From Eledone cirrhosa (taxonomy: Eukaryota), in NCBI GenBank assembly GCA_964016885.1, contig OZ024741.1, forward strand, positions 258,664,001 to 258,728,000: a stretch of 64,000 nucleotides of DNA, given 5' to 3'. Numbering within the stretch: position 1 is the first letter of the stretch; every line of letters begins with the position of its first letter. The notes below the pieces were generated by a model. The model saw only the letters and a program-made list of their open reading frames with translations. It did not search any database and was not told the origin of the DNA. A program made the translations under genes and the position numbers. This document shows positions 36,008 to 47,789 of the stretch, one piece after another.

Positions 36008-39000
36008 GTGTCAGTGCCACTGTTGTTGTTGCTGTTTTCTGTGTCTGTGCCAGTGTTGTTGTTATTGCTGTTTTCTCTGTCAGTGCCAGTGTTGTTGTTG
36101 CTGTTTTCTCTGTCAGTGCCAGTGTTGTTGTTGTTGCTGTTTTCTGTGTCAGTGACAGTGTTGTTGTAGTTGTTGCTGTTTTCTCTGTCAGTGCCAGTGT
36201 TGTTGTAGTTGTTGCTGTTTTCTCTGTCAGTGCCAGTGTTGTTGCTGTTGTTGCTGTTTTCTGTGTCAGTGTCAGTGTTGTTGTTGTTGCTGTTTTCTGT
36301 GTCAGTGCCAGTGTTGTTGTTGCTATTTTCACTGTCAGTGCCAGTGTTGTTGTAGTTGTTGCTGTTTTCTGTGTCAGTGCCAGTGTTGTTGTTGCTGTTT
36401 TCTCTGTCAGTGCCAGTGTTGTTGTAGCTGTTGCTGTTTTCTGTGTCAGTGCCAGTGTTGTTGTAGTTGTTGCTGTTTACTGTGTCAGTGCCAGTGTTGT
36501 TGTAGTTGTTGCTGTTTTCTCTGTCAGTGCCAGTGTTGTTGTAGTTGTTGCTGTTTTCTCTGTCAGTGCCAGTGTTGTTGTAGTTGTTGCTGTTTTCTGT
36601 GTCAGTGCCAGTGTTGTTGTTGTTGCTGTTTTCTCTGTCAGTGCCAGTGTTGTTGTAGTTGTTGCTGTTTTCTCTGTCAGTGCCAGTGTTGTTGTAGTTG
36701 TTGCTGTTTTCTGTGTCAGTGCCAGTGTTGTTGTAGTTGTTGCTGTTTTCTCTGTCAGTGCCAGTGTTGTTGTTGTTGTTGCTGTTTTCTCTGTCAGTGC
36801 CAGTGTTGTAGTTGTTGCTGTTTTCTCTGTCAGTGCCAGTGTTGTTGTAGTTGTTGCTGTTTTCTCTGTCAGTGCCAGTGTTGTTGTAGTTGTTGCTGTT
36901 TTCTGTGTCAGTGCCAGTGTTGTTGTTGTTGTAGTTGTTGCTGTTTTCTGTGTCAGTGCCAGTGTTGTTGTTGATGTTGCTGTTTTCTCTGTCAGTGCCA
37001 GTGTTGTTGTAGTTGTTGCTGCTTTCTCTGTCAGTGCCAGTGTTGTTGTAGTTGTTGCTGTTTTCTGTGTCAGTGCCAGTGTTGTTGTTGTTGCTGTTTT
37101 CTCTGTCAGTGCCAGTGTTGTTGTAGTTGTTGCTGTTTTCTCTGTCAGTGCCAGTGTTGTTGTAGTTGTTGCTGTTTTCTGTGTCAGTGCCAGTGTTGTT
37201 GCTGTTGGTGCTGTTTTCTGTGTCAGTGCCAGTGTTGTTGTTGCTGTTTTCTCTGTCAGTGCCAGTGTTTTTGTTGTTGCTGTTTTCTGTGTCAGTGACA
37301 GTGTTGTTCTAGTTGTTGATGTTTTCTGTGCCAGTGCCAGTGTTGTTGTAGTTGTTGCTGTTTTCTCTGTCAGTGCCAGTGTTGTTGTTGTTGTTGCTGT
37401 TTTCTCTGTCAGTGCCAGTGTTGTAGTTGTTGCTGTTTTCTCTGTCAGTGCCAGTGTTGTTGTTGTTACTGTTGCTGTTTTCTGTGTCAGTGCCAGTGTT
37501 GTTGTTGTTGCTATTTTCACTGTCAGTGCCAGTGTTGTTGCTGTTGCTGTTTTCTCTGTCAGTGCCAGTGATGTTGTAGTTGTTGCTGTTTTCTGTGTTA
37601 GTGCCAGTGTTGTTGTAGTTGTTGCTGTTTTCTGTGTCAGTGCCAGTGTTGTTGTTGTTGTTGCTGTTTTCTCTGTCAGTGCCAGTGTTGTTGTAGTTGT
37701 TGCTGCTTTCTCTGTCAGTGCCAGTGTTGTTGTAGTTGTTGCTGTTTTCTGTGTCAGTGCCACTGTTGTTGTTGCTGTTTTCTGTGTCAGTGCCAGTGTT
37801 GTTGTTGTTGCTGTTTTCTGTGTCAGTGCCATTGTTATTGCTGTTGTTGCTGTTTTCTGTGTCAGTGCCAGTGTTGTTGTTGCTGTTGTTGCTGTTTTCT
37901 GTGTCAGTGCCAGTGTTGTTGCTGTTGCTGTTTTCTCTGTCAGTGCCAGTGTTGTTGTAGTTGTTGCTGTTTTCTCTGTCAGTGCCAGTGTTGTAGTTGT
38001 TGCTGTTTTCTGTGTCAGTGCCAGTGTTGTTGTTGTTGCTGTTTTCTCTGTCAGTGCCAGTGTTGTTGTAGTTGTTGCTGTTTTCTCTGTCAGTGCCAGT
38101 GTTGTTGTAGTTGTTGCTGTTTTCTGTGTCAGTGCCAGTGTTGTTGTTGTTGCTGTTTTCTCTGTCAGTGCCAGTGTTGTTGTTGTTGCTGTTTTCTCTG
38201 TCAGTGCCAGTGTTGTTGTTGCTGTTTTCTGTGTCAGTGCCAGTGTTGTTGTTGTTGCTGTTTTCTGTGTCAGTGCCAGTGTTGTTGTTGTTGCTGTTTT
38301 CTGTGTCAGTGCCAGTGTTGTTGTAGTTGTTGCTGTTTTCTGTGTCAGTGCCAGTGTTGTTTTAGTTGTTGCTGTTTTCTGTGTCAGTGCCAGTGTTGTT
38401 GTAGTTGTTGCTGTTTTCTCTGTCAGTGCCAGTGTTGTTGTAGTTGTTGCTGTTTTCTGTGTCAGTGCCAGTGTTGTTGTAGTTGTTGCTGTTTTCTCTG
38501 TGAGTGCCAGTGTTGTTGTAGTTGTTGCGGTTTTCTCTGTCAGTGCCAGTGTTGTTGTAGTTGTTGCTGTTTTCTGTGTCAGTGCCAGTGTTGTTGTTGC
38601 TGTTTTCTCTGTCAGTGCCAGTGTTGTTGTAGTTGTTGCTGTTTTCTGTGTCAGTGCCAGTGTTGTTGTAGTTGTTGCTGTTTTCTCTGTCAGTGCCAGT
38701 GTTGTTGTAGTTGTTGCTGTTTTCTGTGTCAGTGCCAGTGTTGTTGTTGTTGCTGTTTTCTCTGTCAGTGCCAGTGTTGTTGTAGTTGTTGCTGTTTTCT
38801 CTGTCAGTGCCAGTTTTGTTGTAGTTGTTGCTGTTTTCTGTGTCAGTGCCAGTGTTGTTGTAGTTGTTGCCGTTTTCTCTGTCAGTGCCAGTGTTGTTGT
38901 TGTTGTTGCTGTTTTCTCTGTCAGTGTTGTTGTTGTTGCTATTTTCACTGTCAGTGCCAGTGTTGTTGTTGTTGCTGTTTTCTGTGTCAGTGCCAGTGTT

Positions 39001-42000
39001 GTAGTTGTTGTTGCTGTTTTCTGTGTCAGTGCCAGTGTTGTTGTTGTTACTGTTGCTGTTTTCTGTGTCAGTGCCAGTCTTGTTGTTGTTACTGTTGCTG
39101 TTTTCTGTGCCAGTGCCAGTGTTATTGTTGGTGTTTTCTGTGTCAGTGCCACTGTTGTTGTTGCTGTTGTTGCTGTTTTCTGTGTCAGTGCCAGTGTTGT
39201 TGTTGCTGTTGTTGCTGTTTTCTGTGTCAGTGCCAGTGTTGTTGTTGCTGTTTTCCGTGCCAGTGTTGTTGTAGTTGTTGCTGTTTTCTGTGTCAGTGCC
39301 AGTGTTCTTGCTGTTGCTGTTTTCTGTGTCAGTGCCAGTGTTGTTGTTGTTACTGTTGCTGTTTTCTGTGTCAGTTCCAGTGTTGTTGTTGTTGTTGCTG
39401 TTGCTGTTTTCTGTGCCAGTGCCAGTGTTATTGTTGCTGTTGTTGCTGTTTCTCTGTCAGTGCCAGTGTTGTTGTAGTTGTTGCTGTTTTCTCTGTCAGT
39501 GCCATTGTTTTTGTAGTTGTTGCTGTTTTCTGTGTCAGTGCCAGTGTTGTTGTAGTTGTTGCTGTTTTCTCTGTCAGTGCCAGTGTTGTTGTTGTTGCTG
39601 CTTTCTCTGTCAGTGCCAGTGTTGTAGTTGTTGCTGTTTTCTCTGTCAGTGCCAGTGTTGTTGTAGTTGTTGCTGTTTTCTGTGTCAGTGTCAGTGTTGT
39701 TGTTGTTGCTGTTTTCTGTGTCCGTGCCAGTGTTGTTGTTGTTGCTGTTTTCTCTGTCAGTGCCAGTGTTGTTGCTGTTGCTATTTTCACTGTCAGTGCC
39801 AGTGTTGTTGTTGTTGCTGTTTTCTGTGTCAGTGCCAGTGTTGTTGTTGTTGCTGTTTTCTGTGTCAGTGCCAGTGTTGTTGTTGTTACTGTTGCTGTTT
39901 TCTGTGTCAGTTCTAGTGTTGCTGTTTCTGTTTTCTGTGCCAGTGCCAGTGTTATTGTTGCTGTTGTTGCTGTTTTCTGTGTCAGTGCCACGGTTGTTGT
40001 TGCTGTTGTTGCTGTTTTCTGTGTCAGTGCCAGTGTTGTTGTTGCTGTTTTCTCTGTCAGTGCCAGTGTTGTTGTAGCTGTTGCTGTTTTCTGTGTCAGT
40101 GCCAGTGTTGTTGTAGTTGTTGCTGTTTACTGTGTCAGTGCCAGTGTTGTTGTTGTTGTTGCTGTTTTCTCTGTCAGTGCCAGTGTTGTTGTAGTTGTTG
40201 CTGTTTTCTCTGTCAGTGCCAGTGTTGTTGTAGTTGTTGCTGTTTTCTGTGTCAGTGCCAGTGTTGTTGTTGTTGCTGTTTTCTCTGTCAGTGCCAGTGT
40301 TGTTGCAGTTGTTGCTGTTTTCTCTGTCAGTGCCTGTGTTGTTGTAGTTGTTGCTGTTTTCTGTGTCAGTGCCAGTGTTGTTGTAGTTGTTGCTGTTTTC
40401 TCTGTCAGTGCCAGTGTTGTTGTTGTTGTTGCTGTTTTCTCTGTCAGTGCCAGTGTTGTAGTTGTTGCTGTTTTCTCTGTCAGTGCCAGTGTTGTTGTAG
40501 TTGTTGCTGTTTTCTGTGTCAGTGCCAGTCTTGTTGTTGTTGCTGTTTTCTGTGTCAGTGCCAGTGTTGTTGTTGTTGCTATTTTCACTGTCAGTGCCAG
40601 TGTTGTTGCTGTTGCTGTTTTCTCTGTCAGTGCCAGTGATGTTTTAGTTGTTAATGTTTTCTGTGTTAGTGCCAGTGTTGTTGTTGCTGTTTTCTCTGTC
40701 AGTACCAGTGATGTTTTAGTTGTTAATGTTTTCTGTGTTAGTGCCAGTGTTGTTGTTGTTGTTGCTGTTTTCTGTGTCAGTGCCAGTGTTGTAGTTGTTG
40801 TTGCTGTTTTCTGTGTCAGTGCCAGTGTTGTTGTTGTTACTGTTGCTGTTTTCTGTGTCAGTGCCAGTCTTGTTGTTGTTACTGTTGCTGTTTTCTGTGC
40901 CAGTGCCAGTTTTATTGTTGCTGTTTTCTGTGTCAGTGCCACTGTTGTTGTTGCTGTTGTTGCTGTTTTCTGTGTCAGTGCCAGTGTTGTTGTTGCTGTT
41001 GTTGCTGTTTTCTGTGTCAGTGCCAGTGTTGTTGTTGTTACTGTTGCTGTTTTCTGTGTCAGTTCCAGTGTTGTTGTTGTTGTTGCTGTTGCTGTTTTCT
41101 GTGCCAGTGCCAGTGTTATTGTTGCTGTTGTTGCTGTTTCTCTATCAGTGCCAGTGTTGTTGTAGTTGTTGCTGTTTTCTCTGTCAGTGCCAGTGTTTTT
41201 GTAGTTGTTGCTGTTTTCTGTGTCAGTGCCAGTGTTGTTGTAGTTGTTGCTGTTTTCTCTGTCAGTGCCAGTGTTGTTGTTGTTGCAGCTTTCTCTGTCA
41301 GTGCCAGTGTTGTAGTTGTTGCTGTTTTCTCTGTCAGTGCCAGTGTTGTTGTAGTTGTTGCTGTTTTCTGTGTCAGTGTCAGTGTTGTTGTTGTTGCTGT
41401 TTTCTGTGTCCGTGCCAGTGTTGTTGTTGTTGCTGTTTTCTCTGTCAGTGCCAGTGTTGTTGCTGTTGCTATTTTCACTGTCAGTGCCAGTGTTGTTGTT
41501 GTTGCTGTTTTCTGTGTCAGTGCCAGTGTTGTTGTTGCTGTTTTCTGTGTCAGTGCCAGTGTTGTTGTTGTTACTGTTGCTGTTTTCTGTGTCAGTTCCA
41601 GTGTTGCTGTTTCTGTTTTCTGTGCCAGTGCCAGTGTTATTGTTGCTGTTGTTGCTGTTTTCTGTGTCAGTGCCACGGTTGTTGTTGCTGTTGTTGCTGT
41701 TTTCTGTGTCAGTGCCAGTGTTGTTGTTGCTGTTTTCTCTGTCAGTGCCAGTGTTGTTGTAGCTGTTGCTGTTTTCTGTGTCAGTGCCAGTGTTGTTGTA
41801 GTTGTTGCTGTTTACTGTGTCAGTGCCAGTGTTGTTGTAGTTGTTGCTGTTTTCTCTGTCAGTGCCAGTGTTGTTGTAGTTGTTGCTGTTTTCTCTGTCA
41901 GTGCCAGTGTTGTTGTAGTTGTTGCTGTTTTCTGTGTCAGTGCCAGTGTTGTTGTTGTTGCTGTTTTCTCTGTCAGTGCCAGTGTTGTTGTAGTTGTTGC

Positions 42001-44600
42001 TGTTTTCTCTGTCAGTGCCAGTGTTGTTGTAGTTGTTGCTGTTTTCTGTGTCAGTGCCAGTGTTGTTGTAGTTGTTGCTGTTTTCTCTGTCAGTGCCAGT
42101 GTTGTTGTTGTTGTTGCTGTTTTCTCTGTCAGTGCCAGTGTTGTAGTTGTTGCTGTTTTCTCTGTCAGTGCCAGTGTTGTTGTAGTTGTTGCTGTTTTCT
42201 GTGTCAGTGCCAGTGTTGTTGTTGTTGCTGTTTTCTGTGTCAGTGCCAGTGTTGTTGTTGTTGCTATTTTCACTGTCAGTGCCAGTGTTGTTGCTGTTGC
42301 TGTTTTCTCTGTCAGTGCCAGTGATGTTTTAGTTGTTAATGTTTTCTGTGTTAGTGCCAGTGTTGTTGTAGTTGTTGCTGTTTTCTGTGTCAGTGCCAGT
42401 GTTGTTGTTGTTGCTGTTTTCTCTGTCAGTGCCAGTGTTGTTGTAGTTGTTGCTGTTTTCTGTGTCAGTGCTACTGTTGTTGTTGCTGTTTTCTGTGTCA
42501 GTGCCAGTGTTGTTGTTGTTGCTGTTTTCTCTGTCAGTGCCAGTGTTGTTGTTGCTGTTTTCTCTGTCAGTGCCAGTGTTGTTGTTGTTGCTGTTTTCTG
42601 TGTCAGTGCCATTGCTATTGCTGTTGTTGCTGTTTTCTGTGTCAGTGCCAGTGTTGTTGTTGCTGTTGTTGCTGTTTTCTGTGTCAGTGCCAGTGTTGTT
42701 GCTGTTGCTGTTTTCTCTGTCAGTGCCAGTGTTGTTGTAGTTGTTGCTGTTTTTTCTGTCAGTGCCAGTGTTGTAGTTGTTGCTGTTTTCTGTGTCAGTG
42801 CCAGTGTTGTTGTTGTTGCTGTTTTCTCTGTCAGTGCCAGTGTTGTTGTAGTTGTTGCTGTTTTCTCTGTCAGTGCCAGTGTTGTTGTAGTTGTTGCTGT
42901 TTTCTGTGTCAGTACCGGTGTTGTTGTTGTTGCTGTTTTCTCTGTCAGTGCCAGTGTTGTTGTTGTTGCTGTTTTCTCTGTCAGTGCCAGTGTTGTTGTT
43001 GTTGCTGTTTTCTGTGTCAGTGCCAGTGTTGTTGTTGTTGCTGTTTTCTGTGTCAGTGCCAGTGTTGTTGTTGTTGCTGTTTTCTGTGTCAGTGCCAGTG
43101 TTGTTGTAGTTGTTGCTGTTTTCTGTGTCAGTGCCAGTGTTGTTTTAGTTGTTGCTGTTTTCTGTGTCAGTGCCAGTGTTGTTGTAGTTGTTGCTGTTTT
43201 CTCTGTCAGTGCCAGTTTTGTTGTAGTTGTTGCTGTTTTCTGTGTCAGTGCCAGTGTTGTTGTAGTTGTTGCTGTTTTCTCTGTCAGTGCCAGTGTTGTT
43301 GTTGTTGTTGCTGTTTTCTCTGTCAGTGTTGTTGTTGTTGTTGCTGTTTTCTCTGTCAGTGTTGTTGTTGTTGCTATTTTCACTGTCAGTGCCAGTGTTG
43401 TTGTTGTTGCTGTTTTCTGTGTCAGTGCCAGTGTTGTAGTTGTTGTTGCTGTTTTCTGTGTCGGTGCCAGTGTTGTTGTTGTTACTGTTGCTGTTTTCTG
43501 TGTCAGTGCCAGTCTTGTTGTTGTTACTGTTGCTGTTTTCTGTGCCAGTGCCAGTGTTATTGTTGCTGTTTTCTGTGTCAGTGCCACTGTTGTTGTTGCT
43601 GTTGTTGCTGTTTTCTGTGTCAGTGCCAGTGTTGTTGTTGCTGTTGTTGCTGTTTTCTGTGTCAGTGCCAGTGTTGTTGTTGCTGTTTTCCGTGCCAGTG
43701 TTGTTGTAGTTGTTGCTGTTTTCTGTGTCAGTGCCAGTGTTCTTGCTGTTGCTGTTTTCTGTGTCAGTGCCAGTGTTGTTGTTGTTACTGTTGCTGTTTT
43801 CTGTGTCAGTTCCAGTGTTGTTGTTGCTGTTGCTGTTTTCTGTGCCAGTGCCAGTGTTATTGTTGCTGTTGTTGCTGTTTCTCTGTCAGTGCCAGTGTTG
43901 TTGTAGTTGTTGCTGTTTTCTCTGTCAGTGCCAGTGTTGTTGTAGTTGTTGCTGTTTTCTCTGTCAGTGCCAGTGTTGTTGTTGTTGCTGCTTTCTCTGT
44001 CAGTGCCAGTGTTGTAGTTGTTGCTGTTTTCTCTGTCAGTGCCAGTGTTGTTGTAGTTGTTGCTGTTTTCTGTGTCAGTGTCAGTGTTGTTGTTGTTGCT
44101 GTTTTCTGTGTCAGTGCCAGTGTTGTTGTTGTTGCTGTTTTCTCTGTCAGTGCCAGTGTTGTTGCTGTTGCTATTTTCACTGTCAGTGCCAGTGTTGTTG
44201 TTGTTGCTGTTTTCTGTGTCAGTGCCAGTGTTGTTGTTGTTATTGTTGCTGTTTTCTGTGTCAGTTCCAGTGTTGCTGTTTCTGTTTTCTGTGCCAGTGC
44301 CAGTGTTATTGTTGCTGTTGTTGCTGTTTTCTGTGTCAGTGCCACGGTTGTTGTTGCTGTTGTTGCTGTTTTCTGTGTCAGTGCCAGTGTTGTTGTTGCT
44401 GTTGTTCCTGTTTTCTGTGTCAGTGCCAGTGTTGTTGTTGCTGTTGTTGCTGTTTTCCGTGCCAGTGTTATTGTAGTCGTTGCTGTTTTCTGTGTCATTG
44501 CCAGTGTTGTTGTAGTTGTTGCTGTTTTCTGTGTCAGTGCCAGTGTTGTTGTAGTTGTTGCTGTTTTCTCTGTCAGTGCCAGTGTTGTTGTAGTTGTTGC
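33550..44600. repeat. Paralog of ~7000-17700 with monomer-scale indels and local replacements
   Basis: Same ORF pairs and rare variants as for 7000-17700. The offset drifts between ~26750 and ~27220 as monomers are gained and lost. Confidence 0.85.
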
Positions 44601-45509
44601 TGTTTTCTCTGTCAGTGCCAGTGTTGTTGTAGTTGTTGCTGTTTTCTGTGTCAGTGCCAGTGTTGTTGCTGTTGCTGTTTTCTCTGTCAGTGCCAGTGTT
44701 GTTGTTGTTGCTGTTTTCTCTGTCAGTGCCAGTGTTGTTGTTGTTGCTGTTTTCTCTCTCAGTGCCAGTGTTGTTGTAGTTGTTGCTGTTTTCTCTGTCA
44801 GTGCCAGTGTTGTTGTAGTTGTTGCTGTTTTCTGTGTCAGTGCCAGTGTTGTTGCTGTTGGTGCTGTTTTCTGTGTCAGTGCCAGTGTTGTTGTTGCTGT
44901 TTTCTCTGTCAGTGCCAGTGTTTTTGTTGTTGCTGTTTTCTGTGTCAGTGACAGTGTTGTTCTAGTTGTTGATGTTTTCTGTGCCAGTGCCAGTGTTGTT
45001 GTAGTTGTTGCTGTTTTCTCTGTCAGTGCCAGTGTTGTTGTTGTTGTTGCTGTTTTCTCTGTCAGTGCCAGTGTTGTAGTTGTTGCTGTTTTCTCTGTCA
45101 GTGCCAGTGTTGTTGTAGTTGTTGCTGTTTTCTGTGTCAGTGCCAGTGTTGTTGTTGTTGCTATTTTCACTGTCAGTGCCAGTGTTGTTGCTGTTGCTGT
45201 TTTCTCTGTCAGTGCCAGTGATGTTGTAGTTGTTGCTGTTTTCTGTGTTAGTGCCAGTGTTGTTGTAGTTGTTGCTGTTTTCTGTGTCAGTGCCAGTGTT
45301 GTTGTTGTTGTTGCTGTTTTCTCTGACAGTGCCAGTGTTGTTGTAGTTGTTGCTGCTTTCTCTGTCAGTGCCAGTGTTGTTGTAGTTGTTGCTGTTTTCT
45401 GTGTCAGTGCCAGTGTTGTTGTTGTTGCTGTTTTCTCTGTCAGTGCCAGTGTTGTTGTAGTTGTTGCTGTTTTCTCTGTCAGTGCCAGTGTTGTTGTAGT
45501 TGTTGCGGG

Positions 45510-47620
45510 TTTTCTGTGTCAGTGCCAGTGTTGTTGTAGTTGTTGCTGTTTTCTCTGTCAGTGCCAGTGTTGTTGTTGTTGTTGCTGTTTTCTCTGTCAG
45601 TGCCAGTGTTGTAGTTGTTGCTGTTTTCTCTGTCAGTGCCAGTGTTGTTGTAGTTGTTGCTGTTTTCTGTGTCAGTGCCAGTGTTGTTGTTGTTGCTGTT
45701 TTCTGTGTCAGTGCCAGTGTTGTTGTTGTTGCTATTTTCACTGTCAGTGCCAGTGTTGTTGCTGTTGCTGTTTTCTCTGTCAGTGCCAGTGATGTTGTAG
45801 TTGTTAATGTTTTCTGTGTTAGTGCCAGTGTTGTTGTAGTTGTTGCTGTTTTCTGTGTCAGTGCCAGTGTTGTTGTTGTTGCTGTTTTCTCTGTCAGTGC
45901 CAGTGTTGTTGTAGTTGTTGCTGTTTTCTGTGTCAGTGCCACTGTTGTTGTTGCTGTTTTCTGTGTCAGTGCCAGTGTTGTTGTTGTTGCTGTTTTCTCT
46001 GTCAGTGCCAGTGTTGTTGTTGCTGTTTTCTCTGTCAGTGCCAGTGTTGTTGTTGTTGCTGTTTTCTGTGTCAGTGCCATTGTTATTGCTGTTGTTGCTG
46101 TTTTCTGTGTCAGTGCCAGTGTTGTTGTTGCTGTTGTTGCTGTTTTCTGTGTCAGTGCCAGTGTTGTTGCTGTTGCTGTTTTCTCTGTCAGTGCCAGTGT
46201 TGTTGTAGTTGTTGCTGTTTTTTCTGTCAGTGCCAGTGTTGTAGTTGTTGCTGTTTTCTGTGTCAGTGCCAGTGTTGTTGTTGTTGCTGTTTTCTCTGTC
46301 AGTGCCAGTGTTGTTGTAGTTGTTGCTGTTTTCTCTGTCAGTGCCAGTGTTGTTGTAGTTGTTGCTGTTTTCTGTGTCAGTACCGGTGTTGTTGTTGTTG
46401 CTGTTTTCTCTGTCAGTGCCAGTGTTGTTGTTGTTGCTGTTTTCTCTGTCAGTGCCAGTGTTGTTGTTGTTGCTGTTTTCTGTGTCAGTGCCAGTGTTGT
46501 TGTTGTTGCTCTTTTCTGTGTCAGTGCCAGTGTTGTTGTTGTTGCTGTTTTCTGTGTCAGTGCCAGTGTTGTTGTAGTTGTTGCTGTTTTCTGTGTCAGT
46601 GCCAGTGTTGTTTTAGTTGTTGCTGTTTTCTGTGTCAGTGCCAGTGTTGTTGTAGTTGTTGCTGTTTTCTCTGTCAGTGCCAGTGTTGTTGTAGTTGTTG
46701 CTGTTTTCTGTGTCAGTGCCAGTGTTGTTGTAGTTGTTGCTGTTTTCTCTGTGAGTGCCAGTGTTGTTGTAGTTGTTGCTGTTTTCTCTGTCAGTGCCAG
46801 TGTTGTTGTAGTTGTTGCTGTTTTCTGTGTCAGTGCCAGTGTTGTTGTAGTTGTTGCTGTTTTCTCTGTCAGTGCCAGTGTTGTTGTAGTTGTTGCTGTT
46901 TTCTGTGTCAGTGCCAGTGTTGTTGTTGTTGCTGTTTTCTCTGTCAGTGCCAGTGTTGTTGTAGTTGTTGCTGTTTTCTCTGTCAGTGCCAGTTTTGTTG
47001 TAGTTGTTGCTGTTTTCTGTGTCAGTGCCAGTGTTGTTGTAGTTGTTGCTGTTTTCTCTGTCAGTGCCAGTGTTGTTGTTGTTGCTGTTTTCTCTGTCAG
47101 TGTTGTTGTTGTTGCTATTTTCACTGTCAGTGCCAGTGTTGTTGTTGTTGCTGTTTTCTGTGTCAGTGCCAGTGTTGTAGTTGTTGTTGCTGTTTTCTGT
47201 GTCAGTGCCAGTGTTGTTGTTGTTACTGTTGCTGTTTTCTGTGTCAGTGCCAGTCTTGTTGTTGTTACTGTTGCTGTTTTCTGTGCCAGTGCCAGTGTTA
47301 TTGTTGCTGTTTTCTGTGTCAGTGCCACTGTTGTTGTTGCTGTTGTTGCTGTTTTCTGTGTCAGTGCCAGTGTTGTTGTTGCTGTTGTTGCTGTTTTCTG
47401 TGTCAGTGCCAGTGTTCTTGCTGTTGCTGTTTTCTGTGTCAGTGCCAGTGTTGTTGTTGTTACTGTTGCTGTTTTCTGTGTCAGTTCCAGTGTTGTTGTT
47501 GTTGTTGCTGTTGCTGTTTTCTGTGTCAGTGCCAGTGTTATTGTTGCTGTTGTTGCTGTTTCTCTGTCAGTGCCAGTGTTGTTGTAGTTGTTGCTGTTTT
47601 CTCTGTCAGTGCCAGTGTTG
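45510..47620. repeat. Block duplicated at ~60310-62450 (offset ~14.8 kb)
   Basis: ORF pairs 45915/60722 and 46359/61166 (14807), 47181/62027 (14846). Shared GCTCTTTTCTG (~46508/~61315) and TACCGGT (~46381/~61188). Confidence 0.87.
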
Positions 47621-47789
47621 TTGTAGTTGTTGCTGTTTTCTCTGTCAGTGCCAGTTTTGTTGTAGTTGTTGCTGTTTTCTGTGTCAGTGCCAGTGTTGTT
47701 GCTGTTGCTTTTTTCTCTGTCAGTGCCAGTGTTGTTGTAGTTGTTGCTGTTTTCTCTGTCAGTGCCAGTGTTGTTGTTGTTGCTGTTTT

